62,432 nucleotides of DNA from Gammaproteobacteria bacterium. Lineage in GTDB: Bacteria; Pseudomonadota; Gammaproteobacteria; GCA-002705445; GCA-002716945. Positions within the stretch are counted from its first letter, which is position 1, and each line of letters starts with the position of its first letter. The stretch lies in contig CBFHLA010000001.1 of the NCBI GenBank assembly GCA_965656575.1, positions 1-62,432 of the forward strand, written 5' to 3'. A program made the position numbers and the translations under genes. The notes beneath the pieces are model-generated. The model made no database searches. It had not been told where the DNA came from and was given only the letters and a program-made list of their open reading frames with translations. Below are positions 56,101 to 62,432 of the stretch, in pieces.

Positions 56101-59100
56101 TTTAGATACACAAAAAAAGAATGAACTAATTAATTTGTTATATGAAAAGGATGTTGCTATAGAGCCTACCTTAGTTAGGAAATATTTTGCTGGTGAAATA
56201 ACAGAAAAAGATTTACTTGCTTTATTACTACAAGGAAACAAAGGAGCATTTTTTATTGATGGTAAATTACTTAATGATAGATTAGAACAAGATGCTAAAC
56301 TGATTAAAGAGGTAGCAAGTGTACTTGCCGGATTTGTTCAATTAGATCAACAAATTAAAGCACAAGAAGAAAAAGAATCTCCACAAGCAGTTCAGGCAGA
56401 AACTATTTTAGATGTTGAAGATAAATTAGAAGATGCAGGTATTCAAATAAATATTGGAGACATAAATACTTCAAAAACTTTAAAGTCTATTTTAGAAAAA
56501 GAATACCGTAAATATAGAGCTAACACAAAAGATAACATTTTAACTCCAGAGCAATGGAGAAAGACAACAAATGCAACTAACATTGTTGCTGCGTTATCCG
56601 CATTAAAAAGAATTTGGGCTACAGGATATGATACCATTGTAGTTCAAAATGGTCAAGAAACAGCTGTTAAAGTTAAACCTACACAACAAGAGATAGAAAG
56701 TGAAATTGGTTTTCAGAAGTTTTTAGATAGTAGAGAAGCAATTGAAAATCCTTTAGTACAATCTATAGTAAATGACTATGGATTAAATATGGGTATTTTT
56801 TCTAGATCTAATACAGGTCAAGCTGCTGTTCAACCTATTAGTGGTATGGACGGTGTAGCATTTAAGGGTGTAAGAAGATCATCTGCACAAGGAGAGTTTG
56901 TAGAAATTGTTGATGCAAACGGTAATTCTCTTTCTAATGAAATGTTAGAAATAATCAATAGACCTTTGGGTGCTACTTTTAGTTCTATGGAAGAAGCTAA
57001 AGTTGCATTTGATACCCTTGAAAGAGAGTATTCAGATGGTACAACATTTAGATTTGATGGTATGTCATTAAGTAAAGGTATATCAGTATTTAGTAAAGTA
57101 GCTATAGATGATCATCCCGTTGGTACTGAGTTCATAATTAATAGTAATCCTAAGCATGCATCTAGAGGTACAGTATCTTTAGTACCTGCAGATAGATGGA
57201 CAAATAATTTCAATGCTAGAAAAGATGCTGCTATTTATGAAAGTGAATTAGATTTTTCTAAAAGATTTGAGACAGAACAAATTAGTTTTACAGTATTATC
57301 TGCTGATGCCCCTAAAGTTTCTACACAAGATCCTGTTGTAATATATTCACCAAGAGCATTAGATAGAGAGACAGGTGAAAAACAACTTGCACTTATTGGT
57401 GCATCTTTAACAGAAGATCAATTATTAAATGGTGTTATAATTAATATTTTACCAAATGATAAATCATATGAGGATCCTTTTATAATTAATGGTATTAGTA
57501 ATCCATATATAAGAAGAAAGAATGAAAGGGTAACATTACAAGTTGCTATTGCTGATCCTGTTTTAAGAAATGATTTAAATCAAAAACTTACAGATGCAAA
57601 CCTACCAACTATACCAGAAAATGGAGAAATAGGTTATATACCCGCTGAGTCAATTATATTTAAAGATGATAAAGGAAATCAAATCCTTCCATCACAAATG
57701 ACCCCTGAATTTGCATCAAATGTTTTTGTACCACAGAAAGGTAAAACTATTGAGCAAACTTTAGAAGAGGCTAAAATTAATTTTGCTAAACAAGATTTAT
57801 TATTAAATACTGTTGAAACATTAATAGGTGAAGAACAAAATGTAATTAAGATTGGTCAATTACCTGAAGGTTTTCAAATAAGAAACTTTAGTGGTTACCC
57901 TGATTATGATGGTAGCAATCCTTTAATACCATTATCTGAATTACCTTATGCAGCTAATGATAGAGGTGATGTATTAATATTTGATATTACAAGAGCAGCT
58001 GATGGTTCAATGATTGATTATGAAACATACTCTAACATAACAGATCCAGATCAGAAAGCAGCATTAGTAGCAGAAGTTGAAGAAGGCTTAAATTTACCTA
58101 TTGGAGGTCAAAGCATTAGTTTGTTTGATAAGATGATGGGACCTGATACTTTTAACTATACCGAAAGATATCAGTATGTAGTTAGACAACCTAATGGTAC
58201 TTATACTCTAGCTACAGCAAAAACTACAGGATTATCTAAAGATGTATTAGAAGGTGTAATGCTTGATATGAAAACTCAAGCAGAAAAAACTAGACAAGAA
58301 AATTTAGTTACTTCTAAAAACATCAGCAAATACCCCGGTAAAAAAGTTGGTGATTATATAAATGCTGATTATAATACTGTATTTAATAATGATACAAATA
58401 AAAAGTTTAGGGTTAACATGCCTAAAGGATTTAATTTGAATATTACAGTAGATCCTTGGGGTAAAATTAGAGGAGAAATTTATCAAAATGGTGTAGGGCG
58501 AGTTGGTAAATATCAATATTTATATGAAGCAGATTTAAATAAAGAAGGTTCTAATATTTCTAAATTAGAACAATTACTAGCTAAACTTACAGAGCAGAGT
58601 GCGGCTAAAGATATAAATGTTACAATAAACAATTTTACTACCAGTGTACCATTAAATGCATCTGTTAATGAGATGTTAGATAGTTTATCTACAAAACTAT
58701 CACCTCAAATTAGAAGAGGCGGTTATTTTTATTTAAATGCTGATTCTGCTATGGTGCAAGCTGCCATAGATAAAGCTGCAAATGTTAACAGACCCGATAA
58801 TGTAGAACCAAAAAAATCCATAAGTCAGGGTCAGAAAGCTAAGATAGATAATCAAGAAGCTGATATATTAAGTAGATTAGCAGAAGATCAAGTTGACGCA
58901 AGAGATGAGGTTGCTGCTGAAGCTGATAGAGCACGTGCAGGTGAAGTATCTGATGTTGTTTGGGAAGGATTTATAAATGATCCAACAACAGTTCAGAAAC
59001 AACTGATAGATTCTATAGCACAGAAACTTATAGCTGGTGTACCTCTTACAGAAAGAGAGCAAGCAATTAGACAAGAAAGATCCATTGCACCACAGATAGA

Positions 59101-62100
59101 AGAATATTTAAAGGGTCAAATGGCCGAAGAGCAAAAAAAATCAATTGATTTAACTGCTCTTGCTGCAACACCAATTGATGTTATTAATTCTAAGATTAAA
59201 GAGTTAGAAGAACAAATAGTAGCTGAAGTAGGTTGGAAAAACAAAAGAAAAGCTCTTAAGGAAAATAAAGAATATCAAAGTTTACTACAAGAAAGAGAAA
59301 GACTTTTAAAACCAGGGAATAAAGTTTTACCAGCAGGTTATTCTGTAAGTGATTTAGAAAGTTTAGAAGACTTTTTACTTTGGGCACAAGATAACTTACC
59401 TGAGTTTATTACTGTAGCTGATATAAAACAATTAGGTAATAACCTTAAAGCAGGTGGTAAAAGAGTTGGTGCATTTGTTTTAGACTTAAATGGTTTAGCT
59501 GGTGGTTTAACTACAGGTGGTACGATATATACAGGTGCAACAAATCCTTTTAGATATCATGAAGCTTTCCATGGTGTATACAGAATGCTACTTTCACCAG
59601 AAGAGCAAAAGCGTTTGCTTGCAATTGCTAAGAAAGAAAAGAGAGCACAATTAAGAAAAGAAGGTAAGAGTCTTCAAAAAGAGTTAATTAAATTTAGAAA
59701 CTCTGCGGATACTTATACAAATATGACTCAAGAACAACTTGAGAGAGAGTATTATGAAGAGTATATGGCGGATCAGTTTGAGTTATTTAAAGCTAATCCT
59801 AAAGATACTAAAACAAACAGTTCAATAAAATCATTCTTTAATAGAATAATTGAATGGATTAAAGCTGTGTTTGAATCATACTCAAAAACAGAGTTGCAAA
59901 CTTTGTTTGAAAATATTGATGCTGGTAAATATGCAAATGCTACTGTTGTAGCAAATGACTTTACTATGCAGGCAGGACCGGCTATTACAATTGCGAATGC
60001 ATTGTTGCCATATGAAGCTGTACAAGTAAATGGCTCTAAAGGAAGATTATATTTAGATTCTAATATTGCTAATAATCTAGCTTTAACTATTGCTGCCAAC
60101 TATATTAATAGAAGAAAGGATCCAAGGTTTTATCTTAATGATGAAGGTAAACAAAAAACAAATGAAGAGATTATAGAAGAACTGCTAAATGACTTTTCAG
60201 ATTTATATGATCCTAATAATCCTGCAAACCAAAAGTTCTTAGCAACAGATACACCAACTAATCAATTAAGATATGATAAGTTAGTTCAGATATATCAAGC
60301 AATAAATTTTGATTTATTTGCTGATGTAAAAAACCAACCTATCTATAAGGCTGTTATGGATGTGCTTGATATTATAGACGTTCAGAAACAACAGCAAGAG
60401 TTATCAGAAGATGATTATGAAAATCAAGATGGTCTTAGAAATGTAACACAGTTTGGTAAAGAAGCTTATATGAATGGTGGTTTTAGTTCACTACCTACAT
60501 ATATTAGAAGTTACTTGGCAACTATAACTAAAGAACAAACTGATATTTTTGGTAATGTAGAACTTACAGAAGGGGAACCTTTGATTGTACCTATAGATGT
60601 ATATAGTGTCTATAATGGAATATTAAAATCTGTAAAATCAAAAGAAGATCCTTTAGAGATTTTACAGGCAATGTATTTATTTTCTCAAGACAATCCTAAT
60701 ACTAAAGGTGTTGTTAAAAAGATGTTTGAGGATATAGGAATACCTTACGGTGTTGATGTTAGTCAAATGACTTTACCTGAAAACATTAAAGATCCTTTAT
60801 TATTTAATCAGATAACAAAAGCATTTACTAACTTTAGAGTAGAGTGGTTATTCCAACAAATGGATGAATCAGGAAATGTAATAACATATTCTGCTGCAGA
60901 AAGGGATGATATACACACCCAAATAGATCTTTGGGGTCAAGCATATATAACATTAAGTCAACAGTGGTTACTTGATAAAAGAAAAAAGAAAGAAGCTACA
61001 GATTCTATCAAAGCTTTTAGAGCTCAATTATTAGGAACAGAGACTATTGAAGATGCTGCTATGCAAAATTTGTCTGTAAGCATAGCTCAAAATCTTTTTG
61101 ATAGTACAGGTATAAAACTTAGTCCGTTATATATAAAGTATAGTATTATTAGATCTAGAGGGGCAGGATCATCTAATCAACAATTGTTATTAGACTTTAA
61201 TGAAACATCAGATCCAGTTACAGCAGAAGATCTTTATTTTATAAATGACTTGATAGTCAAAGATGTAGATCTATATTCTGAATATGGTGCTACATCTAAG
61301 ATTAGAAAAATGGCAATCAATAATGCTGTATTTGATGAGTCAATTGGATTATCAGTATTTACTAATGTAAATGGTGATATGGTTAATGCACACCAGAAAC
61401 CCACATTTAATCTTAAAAGAGTTGCAGCACTTAATAAAATAAGTGAAAGACAAAAATTACTTAACTCAGTATTTTTAAGTTCTAATTACCTATTAAACAA
61501 TCCTGCTTTTGAAAGCATGGCTAATAGTAACCTTTTATCTATTAAAAGAATTTCAGGTACTAAATTAGTTGAAACGCTAGATAGAGAGTCTGATTATGAC
61601 GCGTTTATAGAAGGTATCTTAAATACAACTGAGTATGGTAGTTATACACCGAAGCAATTTATAACAAACCTTATTAACAATTATACGTTAGACTTTAATC
61701 CTAAAAACAATAAATTAAAGAGTGAGGTTACAATTGAAACTGAGTCAGGTGGAACAGAGATTGTAGCTACAGCACCTTTACTTATTAGAGTATTAGAAGC
61801 ATCTAACACTGGTGATTTAGCATCACTACCGGTTATAAAAGCTGTATCTGGTAAGGACGCAGCTATTACTACAGAAGTGTTAAACGTTGTATATGACTCT
61901 ATAGAAAATGAGTACAACCGTATCAAAAGAGAAAATAATGATGAAACAAAAACTCTTGATGATATTGTTGGATATAATGTAGGAGAAGTTCAAAGAGCTA
62001 ATACTTTATTTAATAGTGAGGCATTTTTCTTAGGAGATAATGTACAAGTTAAATCACAACTAGAAATGTCTGCAATGAATCAAGATCAAGACATTTCATT

Positions 62101-62432
62101 TGATCAAGCCGTAAAACTTGCAGGTTTTTCTAAATCTCAGTTTTTAGATAAAATAATAAGAACAAGTTTAGAAGCTAAGTATAATAGATTTGAAGCTCTT
62201 ATAGAACAATATGAAATAAATGATTTAATTAACAATGACCTTAAGAAAGGTATTGTATTAGATAAAAAGGGTGAGGCAAGAGCTTTATCTATTAAGGCTG
62301 CTGAAGCACTTAATTTAAGAGCTGATCAGAGATATAACTTAAGACAAGTATTCTTTAATGACTATATAAATACTAAATCACTAAATGAATTACTATTAGG
62401 AGATCAAGCTAGAATACTCAAAAATAGTATAG
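53171..62432 (+). CDS. giant protein, 5' partial (more than 3087 codons, runs off the window): candidate polyvalent/ejected virion protein with zincin-like metallopeptidase motif
   Basis: Not in the ORF track because there is no in-window stop. I hand-translated 53171-61020 and 62342-62431 without meeting a stop. No other long + ORF is listed here. Gly/Ala-rich hydrophobic segments at ~53821-53990 and ~54848-54940. HEAFH at 59558-59572. Confidence 0.85.
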   Translation, partial: MSELTNNLPNPDFDLQQRIVQDSVDMNPIDTSVPYQSIDDILPELNNPIDDQYMKQIDMYRTEMDKVGPNAIGNMFMDKLTPGLSTSTEPQRNLSIAEQLQQKLKEPLVSDAGTLPNPIWSNVRQINFDRQYNSDAFADIGFAPYADMDAVFNKNMTGYDGFQRGFKQFGNLFYTGFASSYRSIADIFDGDSYWEDPDLTSAQEMEDAMRIGGSTDGSLGGWFGNLGLNFGYTAGIVASIAAEEAILATGAALAAIPTGGGSLAAFIAAQARFIPRIKKAVDFTVRGTTFGRGAKASYDFVKQISQVERARDLFNAAQLGRGMNTVFRTIAPETLYAIKNWKTAKNTAQNTINLAKISNMFGAFYRDFRMVNASLSESKMEAGMVYNQVLNNGLAEANYKNQGGGVTEQQTKDIMIKAAEASFKAQMANFAVIYASNRIVLKNAFGGWRRQVTNSNRILRKDAFTAVKGSKYLIKRIPQELKLAFNRAGYKGAAKVMGTQMLRYGAANLAEGAQEISQEAISAATVGYYSSLLRDPLSGGPSTLAGYVGQSTSNLASKEGLSVFLSGFLMGGLAGPYQQVLFQGLPAIGRSAYAKANTKFGDGTQSNYAKEYSQRREQVLDDIVKQINERGEMMKQDLESVLSPSQFQAILQKQNFSEQSIAFADNDKYDFDNAQFAAQFFNLYSAYERGSIKFARESYVEFSKMSDKDLAEAFNPKEFGKPEKVRKRIQKQINLIDEYGETFANKLPKVFDKTFNYENLTAGSPEYLNLQREEQAYKHNKMLYMFTNEAYKNAVERQAAIETSLETEPLFAKQASSDIRILYNKESIDQELTLLDAEIKAAEEAGESKTVINKKKNKRKALQKYADVINDPKNITKKGNISRRQGTVNKVRSAFKNYIQVLAENNSDFVNQDLVDDAVAKIVDHSALRSDAASFSRSIDFMTNPTKQQEIADRSKQYYEWLYKNRDAVVKEAAARYLDTQKKNELINLLYEKDVAIEPTLVRKYFAGEITEKDLLALLLQGNKGAFFIDGKLLNDRLEQDAKLIKEVASVLAGFVQLDQQIKAQEEKESPQAVQAETILDVEDKLEDAGIQINIGDINTSKTLKSILEKEYRKYRANTKDNILTPEQWRKTTNATNIVAALSALKRIWATGYDTIVVQNGQETAVKVKPTQQEIESEIGFQKFLDSREAIENPLVQSIVNDYGLNMGIFSRSNTGQAAVQPISGMDGVAFKGVRRSSAQGEFVEIVDANGNSLSNEMLEIINRPLGATFSSMEEAKVAFDTLEREYSDGTTFRFDGMSLSKGISVFSKVAIDDHPVGTEFIINSNPKHASRGTVSLVPADRWTNNFNARKDAAIYESELDFSKRFETEQISFTVLSADAPKVSTQDPVVIYSPRALDRETGEKQLALIGASLTEDQLLNGVIINILPNDKSYEDPFIINGISNPYIRRKNERVTLQVAIADPVLRNDLNQKLTDANLPTIPENGEIGYIPAESIIFKDDKGNQILPSQMTPEFASNVFVPQKGKTIEQTLEEAKINFAKQDLLLNTVETLIGEEQNVIKIGQLPEGFQIRNFSGYPDYDGSNPLIPLSELPYAANDRGDVLIFDITRAADGSMIDYETYSNITDPDQKAALVAEVEEGLNLPIGGQSISLFDKMMGPDTFNYTERYQYVVRQPNGTYTLATAKTTGLSKDVLEGVMLDMKTQAEKTRQENLVTSKNISKYPGKKVGDYINADYNTVFNNDTNKKFRVNMPKGFNLNITVDPWGKIRGEIYQNGVGRVGKYQYLYEADLNKEGSNISKLEQLLAKLTEQSAAKDINVTINNFTTSVPLNASVNEMLDSLSTKLSPQIRRGGYFYLNADSAMVQAAIDKAANVNRPDNVEPKKSISQGQKAKIDNQEADILSRLAEDQVDARDEVAAEADRARAGEVSDVVWEGFINDPTTVQKQLIDSIAQKLIAGVPLTEREQAIRQERSIAPQIEEYLKGQMAEEQKKSIDLTALAATPIDVINSKIKELEEQIVAEVGWKNKRKALKENKEYQSLLQERERLLKPGNKVLPAGYSVSDLESLEDFLLWAQDNLPEFITVADIKQLGNNLKAGGKRVGAFVLDLNGLAGGLTTGGTIYTGATNPFRYHEAFHGVYRMLLSPEEQKRLLAIAKKEKRAQLRKEGKSLQKELIKFRNSADTYTNMTQEQLEREYYEEYMADQFELFKANPKDTKTNSSIKSFFNRIIEWIKAVFESYSKTELQTLFENIDAGKYANATVVANDFTMQAGPAITIANALLPYEAVQVNGSKGRLYLDSNIANNLALTIAANYINRRKDPRFYLNDEGKQKTNEEIIEELLNDFSDLYDPNNPANQKFLATDTPTNQLRYDKLVQIYQAINFDLFADVKNQPIYKAVMDVLDIIDVQKQQQELSEDDYENQDGLRNVTQFGKEAYMNGGFSSLPTYIRSYLATITKEQTDIFGNVELTEGEPLIVPIDVYSVYNGILKSVKSKEDPLEILQAMYLFSQDNPNTKGVVKKMFEDIGIPYGVDVSQMTLPENIKDPLLFNQITKAFTNFRVEWLFQQMDESGNVITYSAAERDDIHTQIDLWGQAYITLSQQWLLDKRKKKEATDSIKAFRAQLLGTETIEDAAMQNLSVSIAQNLFDSTGIKLSPLYIKYSIIRSRGAGSSNQQLLLDFNETSDPVTAEDLYFINDLIVKDVDLYSEYGATSKIRKMAINNAVFDESIGLSVFTNVNGDMVNAHQKPTFNLKRVAALNKISERQKLLNSVFLSSNYLLNNPAFESMANSNLLSIKRISGTKLVETLDRESDYDAFIEGILNTTEYGSYTPKQFITNLINNYTLDFNPKNNKLKSEVTIETESGGTEIVATAPLLIRVLEASNTGDLASLPVIKAVSGKDAAITTEVLNVVYDSIENEYNRIKRENNDETKTLDDIVGYNVGEVQRANTLFNSEAFFLGDNVQVKSQLEMSAMNQDQDISFDQAVKLAGFSKSQFLDKIIRTSLEAKYNRFEALIEQYEINDLINNDLKKGIVLDKKGEARALSIKAAEALNLRADQRYNLRQVFFNDYINTKSLNELLLGDQARILKNSI
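59558..59790 (+). other. zincin-like signature HEAFH ... EREYYEEYMADQFE inside the giant ORF
   Basis: In-frame HExxH preceded by GGTIYTGATNPFRY. About 60 residues downstream comes an EExMADxF segment that could supply the third (Glu) ligand. Confidence 0.45.

Noticed and set aside
54159-61926. Short ORFs inside 53171..62432 (54159..54341 +, and nine minus-strand ORFs of 64-108 aa)
   Set aside because: All lie inside the uninterrupted giant frame. They are out-of-frame or antisense and often low-complexity.
53171-62432. Calling the giant ORF a virion RNA polymerase (N4 gp50-like or crAss-like)
   Set aside because: Size and context are suggestive, but I could not find T7-like motifs (A/B/C) or a DxDGD-type double-psi-barrel motif by eye in the ~2,600 residues I translated. 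It is left as a hypothesis for profile searches.
1-62432. CRISPR arrays, tRNA/rRNA genes, integrase or transposase, long terminal or inverted repeats
   Set aside because: No spacer-repeat periodicity, no cloverleaf-sized GC-rich islands in the short intergenic regions, and no recombinase motifs were recognised. A tRNAscan or dot-plot run would be needed to exclude them formally.

Overview
The window is about 62.4 kb of an AT-rich (roughly one-third G+C by eye) tailed-phage genome. It probably begins at or near a genome end. Coding is almost entirely on the + strand and very tightly packed, with eight TAATG stop/start overlaps. No Shine-Dalgarno sequences are visible; genes that follow intergenic gaps instead have A/C-rich, G-poor leaders. 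That feature, the DUF285/BspA-type repeat protein and the base composition suggest a Bacteroidota (Flavobacteriia-like) host. This host assignment is inference only.

Layout:
- 1-179: G-tract-rich non-coding leader.
- 180-4556: accessory 'fibre' arm. It holds a collagen-like protein, a DUF285 repeat protein, a second protein sharing the collagen protein's N-terminal module, and three tiny lysine-rich proteins.
- 4553-4738: the only plausible minus-strand gene.
- 4832-9383: small genes, including a PG-binding + Amidase_2 endolysin, an HU-like protein, a PD-(D/E)XK nuclease, Cys-rich/zinc-finger-like proteins and a GroES homologue.
- 9376-24649: morphogenesis module. It runs large terminase, portal-sized gene, acidic scaffold-like gene, and two strongly terminated major structural proteins. 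A Dps-like mini-ferritin with all four ferroxidase ligands sits between those two.
- 23108-32307: tail fibres (one with eight GNVGIGTTxP repeats and a Peptidase_S74 intramolecular-chaperone C-terminus) and Cys-rich/vWA/FN3 proteins.
- 32422-33645: an insulated metallophosphoesterase gene.
- 35919-62432: a run of six very large genes of 2157, 877, 628, 930, 1112 and more than 3087 aa.

The last gene (53171 to the window end) is absent from the supplied ORF track because it has no stop codon inside the window. It carries Gly/Ala-rich hydrophobic segments and an in-frame HExxH...EExMADxF zincin-like signature.

I saw no tRNA, rRNA, CRISPR array, integrase, transposase or DNA polymerase. All functional calls rest on by-eye motif recognition and gene order, not on searches.
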